A program made the translations under genes and the position numbers. A stretch of DNA of 60,779 nucleotides, the filler included. It is 5 parts of 5 records of this genome, joined end to end, with 100 filler letters (N's around TTAATTAATTAA, not from the genome) between each part and the next. Parts side by side here need not be neighbours in the genome. Positions count along the whole stretch, not along the records: positions 10,509 to 30,939 come from SRR31156797_2527; positions 31,040 to 41,305 come from SRR31156797_2528; 3 more parts are not named here. One strand, written 5' to 3'. Position 1 is the first letter of the stretch. Every line of letters begins with the position of its first letter. Below the pieces are notes generated by a model. It was not told the DNA's origin. It made no database searches and was given only the letters and a program-made list of their open reading frames with translations. Positions 30,049 to 40,391 of this stretch are shown piece by piece.

Positions 30049-30722
30049 GACAGCACCCCGTCTTCCATTGTGTAGATTTTCTCTGCTATATCGACAACCT
30101 TAGGGTCGTGGGTGGAGAAGATAAAGCTTGTGCCGAACTCATCCCGCATGGATTTCATAAGGCTTATTATCTTCATCGATGTCTCGTTATCCAGATTTGC
30201 AGTAGGTTCATCAGCAAGGATGATAGAAGGCTCAGTAACAAGAGCTCTCGCTACCGCTGTTCTCTGCTTCTGTCCGCCTGAAAGCTGCGCCGGACGCTTT
30301 GAAGCGTGCTCTAGTATTCCTACGGCTGAAAGAACTTTCTCTATCCGCTTTTTTCTGATATCAGCAGGCAGATTCTGAACCATTATCAGCGGGTATTCCA
30401 CATTCTCATAAACACTGAGAACAGGCATAAGATTAAAATCCTGAAAAATAAACCCGATGTTTTCCCCGCGAAATTTCGCTGCCTGATTACGGTTTAAGTC
30501 AGACGGGTTCTGCCCGCACACAGTTATGCTACCCTCTGTAGGGCTATCCAGACAGCCTATGATGTTAAGTAGAGTGGTTTTACCGCTTCCTGACGGCCCC
30601 ACAAAGCTCACAAAAGAAGCCTCTTCAATAGTAAAACTGACATCTTTCAATGCCTGAACAGGGGCTGTACCACCACCCATGTCATAAGTTTTTATAATGC
30701 AATCAGCATTTACAAGTCCCAT
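30042..30722 (-). CDS. LolD-type ABC ATP-binding protein
   Basis: GPSGSGKT, LSGGQKQR, ADEPTANLD and STHD; RBS GGAGGTG supports ATG 30722. Confidence 0.92.
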   Translation of the reverse strand: MGLVNADCIIKTYDMGGGTAPVQALKDVSFTIEEASFVSFVGPSGSGKTTLLNIIGCLDSPTEGSITVCGQNPSDLNRNQAAKFRGENIGFIFQDFNLMPVLSVYENVEYPLIMVQNLPADIRKKRIEKVLSAVGILEHASKRPAQLSGGQKQRTAVARALVTEPSIILADEPTANLDNETSMKIISLMKSMRDEFGTSFIFSTHDPKVVDIAEKIYTMEDGVLSC

Positions 30723-30939
30723 ACACACCTCCAATCTGGAAGAATAATGCAATTACAATGCCATATCTGATCATTTGATTTATAGGCTGTTGCAATATTT
30801 TTATGTGCATATTCTGCACACTATATGTAATTTTAGCACGTTTTAAGAAAGGTTAATTAAATATTGAATCACGACAGTATTAGTAAATTAAGAATAGTAA
30901 GCAGACTGCGACGTCCTCCCATTAAATCAGACAGAAGCT

Positions 30940-31039
30940 NNNNNNNNNNNNNNNNNNNNNNNNNNNNNNNNNNNNNNNNNNNNTTAATTAATTAANNNNN
31001 NNNNNNNNNNNNNNNNNNNNNNNNNNNNNNNNNNNNNNN
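30940..31039. other. Artificial contig-joining spacer
   Basis: Same N44-TTAATTAATTAA-N44 linker. Confidence 0.98.
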
Positions 31040-31765
31040 CAGATCCACCATGCCGTGCTGCATGAGATGACCGCCCGCATTGTCCGTGATCACCGTGTGA
31101 TTAATCCCGTGTTTTCCCAGTTCCCAGGCGGTCAGGCGGGCGCCCTGGTTCAAAGGCCTTGTTTCATCCACCCAAACATGAACGTCAATGTTATGGTCAA
31201 AAGCCGTATAGATGGGGGCGGTGGCCGTACCGTATTCCACACAGGCCAGCCAGCCAGCATTGCAGTGGGTCAGGATATTGACCGGTTGGCCGCTTTTCTT
31301 TCGGCTGATATCCTCAATGATGGATAAACCGTATCGACCGATCTCCTGACAATTAAAGGCTTCTTCCTCAACCACTTCCAGGGCTTCCGACAGTGCGGCC
31401 GTTACGCGGGTGTTGTAATCGATTTCTTTGAGCACAACATTCCGAACCCGGTCCACACCCCAGAAAAGGTTCATGGCTGTGGGCCTGGCATCCTTGAGGC
31501 GTTTACATTCCGTTTCAAGGTAATCATTGTCCGCCCCCCTGTTGTTTTCCTGCACAAGGCTCACATAAACCCCCAAAGCACCGGTGGCGCCAATGAGGGG
31601 TGCACCCCTAACAACCATCTCTTTGATGGCGTAAATGACATCATCCACCGTGTTTAAGTCCTTAATAATAAATTCATGGGGAAGAAACCGCTGGTCAATG
31701 ACCTGAACGGTTTCGGATGCCTTATCAAACCAGACGGGCCGCATCTCCTTTCCATCTACTTTCAT
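31040..31765 (-). CDS. mtnA: S-methyl-5-thioribose-1-phosphate isomerase (3' truncated)
   Basis: IDQRFLP, MVVRGAPLIG, RPTAMNL, LTHCNAGWLA, GTA and DETRPLNQGARLTAWEL motifs. Confidence 0.93.
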
Positions 31766-31896
31766 ATTCAATTCTCCGGTATATCATTTGGATTCATAAC
31801 GCTTTTAAATCACATATCACCACAAATGCCATTATGCGACCATATCACACCTGATTATGGTTTGGCGACTTCCCTATTTATGCCTCCCCACAAATC

Positions 31897-32754
31897 CTAC
31901 TTCAGCATACCCCTCAGACACTCCAGGTTCCGTCGATCCCAGTCGATACCCCCCTCTTTCTTGGGGGTTTCCAGGATTTTCGGTATATGGGCCAGACGTT
32001 CGTCGTTCATGATCAGGGAGAACCCCGAAAACCCGATCTTCCCTTTTCCGATATGGGTGTGGCGGTCAACCCTGGAACCCAGGTCCTGCAGGGCGTCGTT
32101 GAGATGGATCACTTTGAGCCGGTCCAAGCCCAAGACAGCATCAAAAGTAGCCATGGTCTTGTGATAGCTTGCTTCGGTGCGGATGTCATAGCCGGCGGCG
32201 AAAATATGGCAGGTATCGAGGCAAAAACCGAGGCGCTCGGGCTGTTCCACCCTTTCGACAATGGCGGCGAGCTGTTCGAAGGTATGCCCCAGCGTCGTGC
32301 CCTGGCCGGCACAGGTTTCCAGCAGGAGCCGCGGGCCGTTTCCTTGGTTTTCACCAAGCACCCGGTTGATGCCTTCGGCAATCCGTTTGATACCCGCGGC
32401 CTCGCCGGCCTCCATATGAGCGCCGGGGTGATGGACCACCATGGGGATGCAGAGTTGGAAAGCCCGCTTCATTTCGTGGATCAGGGCGCTACAGGAGCGA
32501 TCGAATTTTTTCTTTTCCGGCGAGCCGAGATTGATCAGGTAAGCCGTGTGGGAAGCGATGGCGGTAATGCCCGTCTCCTGTCGTGCCCGGTGGAAGGTCT
32601 CAATATCCTGGTCGGTCAGAACCCTTTCTTTCCAGGTACTGGCATTTTTAGTGAAGATCTGGGCTGCCGTGCAGCGATAGTCTCCGGCCGTATACAAAGC
32701 CTTGTGAAGGCCGCCGGCAATGGAAAAATGGGCACCGAGAATCGGAGAAAACAC
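31897..32754 (-). CDS. nfo: Endonuclease IV
   Basis: LGAHFSIAGG, QIFTKN, HTAYLINL, HPG, LLETCAGQG, DTCHIFAAGYD, HLND, DRH and LETPK motifs. Confidence 0.95.
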   Translation of the reverse strand: MFSPILGAHFSIAGGLHKALYTAGDYRCTAAQIFTKNASTWKERVLTDQDIETFHRARQETGITAIASHTAYLINLGSPEKKKFDRSCSALIHEMKRAFQLCIPMVVHHPGAHMEAGEAAGIKRIAEGINRVLGENQGNGPRLLLETCAGQGTTLGHTFEQLAAIVERVEQPERLGFCLDTCHIFAAGYDIRTEASYHKTMATFDAVLGLDRLKVIHLNDALQDLGSRVDRHTHIGKGKIGFSGFSLIMNDERLAHIPKILETPKKEGGIDWDRRNLECLRGMLK

Positions 32755-32960
32755 CTGAATTCACCCCTTGAAAAATATGAAGAGAGTCTCACCAAAGCAA
32801 ACCTATAAGTCAAGGTAAAATCGAAGGTCGTTTAAATGTTGACATGAAAAGAAACTCATGGATAATTAGAATAAACGGGTTGTTTTAGGAAAACAGCCGA
32901 ATTCAAGTTTCCTTGTCGGATCTCAACCTATGACGCTACCTAAAATGAAAGGGGGGCTCC

Positions 32961-33413
32961 ATGAACGACAATACCGTTGAAATTAGACTCATGAAGGCTG
33001 AAGACTATGACGCCGTGGTTGGGATTGACGCGAAAGTACTCAAGTCTTCGCGGCCGGAGTATTATAATGTGAAATTTGAAAAGCTTTTCAAAACCAAAGA
33101 TTATCTGCCGGCATCCTTGGTGGCGGAGCAAAAAGATGGAACGGTCGTGGGATTCGTAATGGGGGAAATCTTTATCGGAGAATACGGTATTTTCCAGGAG
33201 GCGGCCACCCTGGATACCATCGGCGTTGACCCCGATTGCCAGCAAAGGGGTATCGGCGAACAGCTGATTAACGAATTTATGGAACATTTAAAAAAGCTCG
33301 GTGTAAAAAAAATAAGCACATTGGTTGCCTGGAACGATTCCAATCTGATACAATTTTTCAACGCCAACCAATTTAGTCCCTCAAAAACCATTTACCTGGA
33401 AAGAACTGTTTGA
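32961..33413 (+). CDS. GNAT family N-acetyltransferase
   Basis: IGVDPDCQQRGIG acetyl-CoA-binding motif A; G-rich RBS. Confidence 0.88.
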   Translation: MNDNTVEIRLMKAEDYDAVVGIDAKVLKSSRPEYYNVKFEKLFKTKDYLPASLVAEQKDGTVVGFVMGEIFIGEYGIFQEAATLDTIGVDPDCQQRGIGEQLINEFMEHLKKLGVKKISTLVAWNDSNLIQFFNANQFSPSKTIYLERTV

Positions 33414-33439
33414 TTCCTGGGATCATGATGAAGATATCC

Positions 33440-33491
33440 CCGAAGAAGCGCTCATCAAAGATTATTGGATACTGAATCAGCGTTTCTTCGG
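33440..33491. repeat. Intergenic inverted repeat (13-bp arms)
   Basis: CCGAAGAAGCGCT ... AGCGTTTCTTCGG downstream of the GNAT gene. Confidence 0.45.
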
Positions 33492-33672
33492 ATAGTCCCA
33501 TCCTCCATTTAAAGAAATTCAACCTAATTTCCGATCATTTACAAACAAATTAACATCACAGCCTAATAATCCGGAATTCGTAAAGAAAAGTTCCTGCCGG
33601 AAATTTTTCAGCGTGAAGTCCCTGATGGGTGATTTCACTCTTAAAGCCGTAATCTCGGGGAAGGAGGCAATA

Positions 33673-33969
33673 ATGGCCATTAAAGTGCTCATTACCAGAC
33701 GTTTTAAAGACGAATTCGTTCATGAGGCCCATTATCATAACGCGGAAATTCGAGCCCTTGCTACCGTTCAACCCGGCTATGTATCCGGAAAGACAATTAT
33801 CAACATCGACAATCCCAACGAAATGATCATTGTCAGCACCTGGGAAAGCAAAGAAGATTGGGACAACTGGTACAAAAAAGAAGTCAGGCAGGATTTTTAC
33901 AAGAAGTTGAGACTTTCGCTTGAAGAGGGAGAAAAAATATCCTTTTACAAGTCGGCCGCTAGAAAATAA
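33673..33969 (+). CDS. Antibiotic biosynthesis monooxygenase (ABM) family protein
   Basis: MAIKVLITRR...QPGYVSGKT...VSTWESKEDWDNW; RBS AAGGAGG before ATG 33673. Confidence 0.85.
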   Translation: MAIKVLITRRFKDEFVHEAHYHNAEIRALATVQPGYVSGKTIINIDNPNEMIIVSTWESKEDWDNWYKKEVRQDFYKKLRLSLEEGEKISFYKSAARK

Positions 33970-33991
33970 GGCATTGACAACTGGAGGGTAC

Positions 33992-34061
33992 GGGGACGCT
34001 CTTACTATTTAAACATTTGGTGATATCAAAACAATGAAGTTGAAAAGTTGAGAACGTCCCC
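33992..34061. repeat. REP/MITE-like inverted-repeat element
   Basis: GGGGACGCTCT (33992-34002) and AGAACGTCCCC (34051-34061) are complementary with one mismatch and flank an AT-rich spacer. Confidence 0.45.
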
Positions 34062-34137
34062 CCCTCGAGGGAAACAAAATCGAATCGAAATGATCCGCCC
34101 TTCCACGGAATTGATCATGGGTTATAAGGTTCGGCCC

Positions 34138-34296
34138 TCATTGTCCATGGTATATTTCGTGGAAAAGTTTTTCAAACCAAGGGGGTTTGTTAAAGAGAAC
34201 ACCCATAAGGATCACTCCGAGAATCGGGAAGGGGATGACCATATCCACAACACTCAGCAGAATCAATACAGCGAGGATCTTCGTTCTGGCGCTCAT
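34138..34296 (-). CDS. Small membrane protein (52 aa)
   Basis: MSARTKILAVLILLSVVDMVIPFPILGVILMGVLFNKPPWFEKLFHEIYHGQ: a hydrophobic hairpin, downstream of and co-oriented with the SBP genes. Confidence 0.55.
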   Translation of the reverse strand: MSARTKILAVLILLSVVDMVIPFPILGVILMGVLFNKPPWFEKLFHEIYHGQ

Positions 34297-34371
34297 TCCA
34301 TGAACTTCCTTTCCCATTCCCGGTTTGTGCTCATTATGCACAGCCCTGAAAAGCCCAGGGTTGCGGTTACA

Positions 34372-35733
34372 TCAACCCGTCCCGTATAGCCGGATGAATT
34401 TCTTCTCGGCGCTCAGGGCAGCGGATTTGGGCGTCTTTTGACCGGTGCAGACCTGGGCGAACATGTCCACGATGACGTATTCGCTCATGGCCGCCGCGGA
34501 GGGCGGCCCCATGGGGCCTGCATAGCCGTTCCACAACATTCTTCCCATACACTCGCGGTAGGGGGTAATTCGGGGATCTTTGTTCCAGGCCGGAAGATCG
34601 TAATAGGCCTTCAGGGTTTGGGTGACGAATCCCCAGGTTCCGCTTTCCCACAGGGCGTACTGGGGCTTTTCGAACATGAAGAGAAGATAATGCTTGGCGG
34701 CGTTGGGAACGCGGGAATGCTTGAAGATGAAGGCCTGGCTGAATAGCGACAGCTCCGTGGGATGTCCCACCGGTCCCACTGGAAAATTCATTGTCCTCAA
34801 ATCCTTGTAAATCTTCGGGTATTTTCGCATGGATACGAAAAATATGCTGTTGCCGTTGGGCGTCAGGGAGATTTCGCCTTCCAAAAATGCTTTGTTGTTA
34901 TGGGGATCAAGCCAATTTTCAACGCCCGGGATCATGGTCTCGTAAAGCTCCCGGGATGTTTCCAGGGCAAGGAGGGTCTCTTTGCTGTTGATGGCGATGG
35001 TTTTGCCGTCCGCTTCAACGGCCTTTCCCCCGAAGGACCATAACCACCAGTGGGTCCAGACGTTGGCATCGCCGATGGCATGGCCCAGGGCAAAACCGGT
35101 GGGATGTCTTTTGGCCTTCAGTGCCTTACAGCACTTAATGAACCCTTCCATATCGTCAGGCACACTTTCAAAGCCGGCCTCCCGGACCCAGCTTTCCCTG
35201 TAATTCAGGCATATGCCCGCGCTCCCGATGGGCAGGGCGATCCACTTGTTGGTTCGGGAAGACCGCCCGTAGATCTCACAGACCGGGTACCAGCCGCCAT
35301 ATTTTTTTCCGAGATAGTCGGCCACATCGCTCACATCCACCAGCCGGTCGGGGTAGAGATGCGGGTCGTCGAACCAGCCCAGGACGATATCGTGGCCCGC
35401 TCCCAGAGTGGATTCCATGGCGGCCCTGGCCCGTACATCCTCCCAGTAGATGAAGTCCGTGATCACCTTGCCCCCGGTCGCACGCTCCCATTTTTTCGTA
35501 TTGGCCATCCAGATGTCCTCGTCGCTCTTCACGAATCCCATCCAGCGCAGGACCTTGATGACCGGCCGCGGCTCCAGGGTGAACCGGGGCGGGGCTGCCG
35601 CTACGGCGAGAGCGGGATTTCCCTGGAACAAACCCTGCAGGCCCAGGGCCGACAGACCCGCGCCCGCCAATCCCGCGCCCGCTCTCTTTAAAAAGTCTCT
35701 GCGGGTGAGCGGGCCGTTGTCTCCTCTGGTCAT
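34372..35733 (-). CDS. Tat-exported sugar-type (SBP_bac_1/8) solute-binding protein
   Basis: Twin-arginine TRRDFLK; WMGFVKSDE, DDPHLYPD, GFALGHAIGDAN and NNKAFL motifs. Confidence 0.85.
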   Translation of the reverse strand: MTRGDNGPLTRRDFLKRAGAGLAGAGLSALGLQGLFQGNPALAVAAAPPRFTLEPRPVIKVLRWMGFVKSDEDIWMANTKKWERATGGKVITDFIYWEDVRARAAMESTLGAGHDIVLGWFDDPHLYPDRLVDVSDVADYLGKKYGGWYPVCEIYGRSSRTNKWIALPIGSAGICLNYRESWVREAGFESVPDDMEGFIKCCKALKAKRHPTGFALGHAIGDANVWTHWWLWSFGGKAVEADGKTIAINSKETLLALETSRELYETMIPGVENWLDPHNNKAFLEGEISLTPNGNSIFFVSMRKYPKIYKDLRTMNFPVGPVGHPTELSLFSQAFIFKHSRVPNAAKHYLLFMFEKPQYALWESGTWGFVTQTLKAYYDLPAWNKDPRITPYRECMGRMLWNGYAGPMGPPSAAAMSEYVIVDMFAQVCTGQKTPKSAALSAEKKFIRLYGTG

Positions 35734-35800
35734 AAATCGTCCCTCTTAAAGGCTTTCGGAGAGCAGAAGATACCGCCCCTTCAAATTCATTTCACCCCAT

Positions 35801-37156
35801 TTACCCATAAAGCCGCGCCAACCTTTTTTCCGCATGGAGGGCCGCGGCTTTAGGGGTTCTCCTTTGGAGGCACACATCGACAATCATATTCGGAATGATG
35901 CAGTCGCTCATGGCGGCGGCCGACGCCGTCCCGAGAGGACCCGCATGGCCGTTGGGCAACATCGTGCCCAGGCACTCCCGGTAAGGGGCAAGCCGGGAAT
36001 CCGATTCCCATGTGGGGAGACGGCGAAACCCCTTAAGGCTCTGGGTGACGTAACCCAAAGAACCGTTGATCCAGTTGCCGTACTGTTCGGCCTCAAACAT
36101 GAACAGGAGATAATGTTTGGCGGCATTGGGCATCAAGGCGTGTTTGAAGATGAAAGCCGGGCTGATAAGGGAAAGTTCGGAAGGTCTGCCAACGGGTCCC
36201 ATGGGAAAGTTCATGGTCCCCAGGTCCGCGTCAATGTGAGGGTAATGATGTTTTGCGGCGTACAGAATGCTGGCGCCGTTGTTGGTTGCCGATATTTCCC
36301 CGGCCAGGAAGGCCTTGTTATTGTCGGGATCCCGCCAGTTCAACACGTCCGGGATCATGGTGTCATAGAGTTCCCGGGCCGCTTCGAGGGCCAGGAGGGT
36401 CTCTTCGCTGTTGATGGCGATGGTCCTGCCGTCCGATTCAACGGCCTTGCCTCCGAAGGACCACAACCACCAATGGGTCCAGGAATTGCGATCGCCCACG
36501 GCGTGTCCCAAGGCGAATCCCGTGGGATGGCCTTTGGCTTTAAGGGCCTTGCAACACTTGAGGAACCCCTCGATGCGGCCGGGAACGGTTTCAAATCCCG
36601 CCTCCCGAACCCAGCTTTTTCGAAAGTTGATGCATTGACCGGAACAGCCTATCGGCAATGCAATCCATCTTTGGGTGTGGGTGTCCCGGCCGTAGGTTTT
36701 GCAGACCGGGTACCAGCCGCCGTACTTTTTATCAAGATAGTCCGCAAGCGCCGTTAAATCCATAAGCTTGTCCGGATAGAGGTGCGGGTCGTCAAACCAG
36801 CCCAGGACGAGATCATGGCCCGTTCCGAGGGTCGCCTCCATGGCCGCCCTGGGCCTTACGTCGTTAAAGGGGACGAAGTCGGTGATAACACGTCCGCCGG
36901 TCAGCTTTTCCCAGCGCCTGGTATTGGAGAGCCAGGCGTCCTCATCCCCCTGGACGAAGGCCCGCCACCGCAGGACCTTGACCATGGGATTCGACTCGAC
37001 GGCAAGTGATGGAGGTGAGATTGCACTGGCCGTTGCCTCTTTTCCCCTGAGGGTTAGAGCGGAGACAAGACTTGCCGCTGATAATCCCGCCAATCCTCCG
37101 GCCGAGCGCCTCAAAAACTCTCTTCGGGAGATGGGTCTCGATATCTGCTTGCCCAT
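35801..37156 (-). CDS. Tat-exported sugar-type solute-binding protein (paralog of the neighbour)
   Basis: SRREFLR signal; shares long blocks with 34372-35733 (LGWFDDPHLYPD, KKYGGWYPVC, WTHWWLWSFGGKAVE). Confidence 0.85.
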   Translation of the reverse strand: MGKQISRPISRREFLRRSAGGLAGLSAASLVSALTLRGKEATASAISPPSLAVESNPMVKVLRWRAFVQGDEDAWLSNTRRWEKLTGGRVITDFVPFNDVRPRAAMEATLGTGHDLVLGWFDDPHLYPDKLMDLTALADYLDKKYGGWYPVCKTYGRDTHTQRWIALPIGCSGQCINFRKSWVREAGFETVPGRIEGFLKCCKALKAKGHPTGFALGHAVGDRNSWTHWWLWSFGGKAVESDGRTIAINSEETLLALEAARELYDTMIPDVLNWRDPDNNKAFLAGEISATNNGASILYAAKHHYPHIDADLGTMNFPMGPVGRPSELSLISPAFIFKHALMPNAAKHYLLFMFEAEQYGNWINGSLGYVTQSLKGFRRLPTWESDSRLAPYRECLGTMLPNGHAGPLGTASAAAMSDCIIPNMIVDVCLQRRTPKAAALHAEKRLARLYG

Positions 37157-37456
37157 ATGGAATCCTTTTTGTTATTTTTGCTGATTTCGTACCAAGTATT
37201 CAGGCGCCGGCATTCGGAATAAAGGAGGAGGCCGCTTCGGGCCTGAAAAAAATCCTTCGGCGTGGACCGATATCGCCTTGGCGGCGGATCAGGGGTATCT
37301 GATCCCGGTTGATTATGATATGTATGTGTATATTAAGTGCGTTCGAACCCGTTATCAATTATAGTGATTTTGCTCATCATGTAAATAGAAAAGCTGTTCA
37401 GACCGGTTCCCCTGACCCGTTTTCCAAATCATATCTAATTTTGGAGGATAGAATCC

Positions 37457-39913
37457 ATGTTTCGCGAAGCAAGCATTTGGAAACTGACGTTCATGGGGTT
37501 TCTGGTTGTCATTCTGATCCTTACCCTCTCCCTCGGTGCATTCTTTATCCATGAGGAGTATCGCCGTTTTGACGCTGATTCGGCTGCGCTTGAAAAAGGG
37601 TATTTGAAGGCAAGAAAGGAACACATACGCAAAGACGTCCAAGAGATTATTGAACTCAACCGGTTTGAAGACAAACGGGCGGAAAGGAGAGTTAAAGAGA
37701 GATTGCGCAATCGGGTTATGGAAGCCTACGCCATTGCCATGGACCTCTACGAAAAAAATCGGGACCGGCGCAAGGGTGAAGTGATAAAATTGATTGTCAG
37801 AGATGAACTTCAGGATATGCGGTTCGATAACGGTCAAGGCTATTACTTCGCCACCACCGGCGATGAAGGGGATGAGGTCATTGCCGCCGGGCCGGAACTG
37901 GCCGGACGGGAACTCAAAAACGTTTCTGATACGTCCGCGGAAGCCGTTGTCAGGACCATGGTTGGAATGGTGACCGACAGCGAGGAAGGCTTTTTTAGCT
38001 ACATGGCCCCAAAACCGAGATTCCCGGGAGCGGAATTTCCCAAGCTCTCCTTTATCAAGTATTTCGAACCTTTTGGCTGGTACATCGGCACAGGGGTCTA
38101 TCTGGACGACCTAAAACGTGATGTTCAGAGATATATTCTGGAGCGAATGTATCGCAAGCAGGCGGAACCCGGCAGAGCTCTCTTTATATTCCGCTATGAC
38201 GGAACCGTATTGTACCATGATCAAAAACAGTACATCGGGCGCAACATGCTTCATCAGACGGATGCGGAGGGACGGGAGGTTTACCGGGAACTGCTCCACG
38301 CGGGTCGAGAGCCGGGCGGGGGATATGTTTCATATGCTAGGGAAAACCCGGCCAAGGGCCGACCGGCGTCGAAGATAGCATACGCCGACAATTACCCGGA
38401 TTGGCGGTGGATCATTGCCATGGATGTGAACACGGATGATATCGGTGAAGCCCTGGAACGGAAAAAGGCAGCCCTGGGACGACAGGTCAACAGTTATGTG
38501 GGCAAAATCATGCTGATGCTTTTAGGGTTTATCGCCGTGGGAACCCTTTTGTCCTTTTATTTTTCCAAGAAGCTCGGCAAGGAGTTTGAGGTATTCAAAA
38601 CTTTCTTCCGGGATGCCGCCGCAAAGCTTAAGGAGATCGATGGGAACAGCCTGAACACACGGGAGTTCCGGGAGATGGCTGTTTCGGCCAACCGGATGAT
38701 CGAGGGACGCAAACAGGCGGAAGAAGAGATGAAACGCTTACAGAATCTGCTGAACAACATTATCGACTCCATGCCCTCCCTGTTGGTGGGGGTGGACCTG
38801 AACGGAATGGTGACCCAGTGGAACAAGGGCGCCGAAGAAGCAACGGGCATGGCATCCGGCGAGGCCAGGGGGCGCATGCTGGGCGACGTTTTCCCCCAAC
38901 TGGCAGGTCAAATGAATCGGGTTCGGCAGGCCATCCGGAATCGGGAGACGCAAATCGAGGAAAAGCGGGCATGGGCGTACGACGGCGAAACGCGGTTTGA
39001 AGATGTCACAATCTACCCGCTCATGAGCAACGGCGTGGAGGGGGCCGTCATAAGGGTGGACGATGTGACCGATCGGGTGCGCATGGAAGAGATGATGATC
39101 CAGTCCGAGAAGATGCTGTCCGTGGGGGGGTTGGCGGCCGGCATGGCCCATGAGATCAACAACCCGCTTGCCGGCATCCTGCAGAACGCCCAGGTGGTTC
39201 TGAACCGGGTTTCAAAGGATCTGCCGGCAAACCGCCAGGCGGCCGCGGCCTGCGGGACAAGCATGGAGACCATTAAATCCTTTATGGAAAAACGGGAGAT
39301 CCCGAAGATGCTTGAAGCCATAAGGTCTTCAGGGGGGCGGGCGGCCCATATCGTTGAAAACATGCTCAGTTTCAGCCGGAAAAGCGAGTCCGTATTTCAT
39401 TCTCACGCCCTTTCCGATCTTCTGGACAAGACAGTGGATTTGGCTTCCAAGGATTATGATCTCAAAAAGCGATACGATTTCAGACAAATCGAAATCGTGC
39501 GGGAATACGACCCGGACCTGCCGGATGTGGTCTGCGAAGGAACCAAGATCCAGCAGGTGATATTAAACCTGCTTAAAAATGCGGCCCAGTCCATGGCAAA
39601 GCAGATTGACCGGGCTGAACCGCAGCGCATTGCCCTCAGACTTATCAAAGACGGTCCCATGGCGCGGATTGAAGTTGAAGACAACGGTTCCGGCATGAGT
39701 GAAAAGGATCGCAAGCGGATTTTTGAACCGTTCTTCACGACCAAAGACGTGGGAGAGGGGACCGGGCTCGGTCTATCGGTCTCCTACTTTATCATTGTCG
39801 AGAACCACGGCGGCAGCATGGCCGTTGAATCGGCCCCGGGAAAGGGGTCCAAATTCATCATACGCCTGCCGCTTTCAAAGAACGAAGAGTTTAAACTTAA
39901 AACTGAAAAGTAG
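37457..39913 (+). CDS. Sensor histidine kinase with Cache and PAS domains
   Basis: Two TMs flanking tandem Cache-like domains (MRFDNGQGYYF, GWYIGTGVY, GGGYVSY); PAS; AAGMAHEINNPL, NLLKNAAQ and FFTTK...GTGLGL. Confidence 0.92.
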   Translation: MFREASIWKLTFMGFLVVILILTLSLGAFFIHEEYRRFDADSAALEKGYLKARKEHIRKDVQEIIELNRFEDKRAERRVKERLRNRVMEAYAIAMDLYEKNRDRRKGEVIKLIVRDELQDMRFDNGQGYYFATTGDEGDEVIAAGPELAGRELKNVSDTSAEAVVRTMVGMVTDSEEGFFSYMAPKPRFPGAEFPKLSFIKYFEPFGWYIGTGVYLDDLKRDVQRYILERMYRKQAEPGRALFIFRYDGTVLYHDQKQYIGRNMLHQTDAEGREVYRELLHAGREPGGGYVSYARENPAKGRPASKIAYADNYPDWRWIIAMDVNTDDIGEALERKKAALGRQVNSYVGKIMLMLLGFIAVGTLLSFYFSKKLGKEFEVFKTFFRDAAAKLKEIDGNSLNTREFREMAVSANRMIEGRKQAEEEMKRLQNLLNNIIDSMPSLLVGVDLNGMVTQWNKGAEEATGMASGEARGRMLGDVFPQLAGQMNRVRQAIRNRETQIEEKRAWAYDGETRFEDVTIYPLMSNGVEGAVIRVDDVTDRVRMEEMMIQSEKMLSVGGLAAGMAHEINNPLAGILQNAQVVLNRVSKDLPANRQAAAACGTSMETIKSFMEKREIPKMLEAIRSSGGRAAHIVENMLSFSRKSESVFHSHALSDLLDKTVDLASKDYDLKKRYDFRQIEIVREYDPDLPDVVCEGTKIQQVILNLLKNAAQSMAKQIDRAEPQRIALRLIKDGPMARIEVEDNGSGMSEKDRKRIFEPFFTTKDVGEGTGLGLSVSYFIIVENHGGSMAVESAPGKGSKFIIRLPLSKNEEFKLKTEK

Positions 39914-39995
39914 GGAATAAAAACCGCGGGTTGACGGCATCCCATGCAATATTGCCGACCCGGGTTTCTTCATGGCCCATGTGAAAGAGGGAATA

Positions 39996-40391
39996 ATGGC
40001 AAAGGTGATTCGCATGCTTGTTGTAGATGACGAGCCCCACATTCGAACCAGCCTGAAGAATTACTTTGAGGATGAGGGGCTCACCGTTGTGACATCTGAA
40101 AGCGCCGAGGAAGCGCTGGAAATTCTGAACAGCACACCGGTGGATATTGTTGTTGTCGATATACGACTGCCGAAAATGGACGGAAACAGCATGATCATGA
40201 AAGCACACCGGATCCGACCGAGTGCGCAATTCCTTGTTTTTACGGGTTCCACAGAGTATCATCTTCCGACGTCCATTGAACGTATCGGCGTGAGCCCTGA
40301 AGATGTATTTCTTAAACCGATCTCGGATTTAAAAGTGATGGCGGAAGCGATTCATCGAAAATGTGAAAAGGAGCGCCTCAAGGATGGATGA
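39996..40391 (+). CDS. Single-domain response regulator
   Basis: LVVDDE, VVDIRLPKMDG and FLKP receiver motifs. Confidence 0.88.
   Translation: MAKVIRMLVVDDEPHIRTSLKNYFEDEGLTVVTSESAEEALEILNSTPVDIVVVDIRLPKMDGNSMIMKAHRIRPSAQFLVFTGSTEYHLPTSIERIGVSPEDVFLKPISDLKVMAEAIHRKCEKERLKDG

Noticed and set aside
31987-37302. Long alternative ORFs in the GC-rich fragment (e.g. 31987-32808, 35050-35691, 35834-36757)
   Set aside because: They lie antisense to nfo and the SBP genes and have no motifs; such ORFs are expected from GC-rich codon bias.
37190-37310. Riboswitch in the leader of the SBP genes
   Set aside because: Short hairpins exist (GGATCAG/CTGATCC, TTCAGGC/GCCTGAA), but I recognise no aptamer consensus in this GC-rich sequence.
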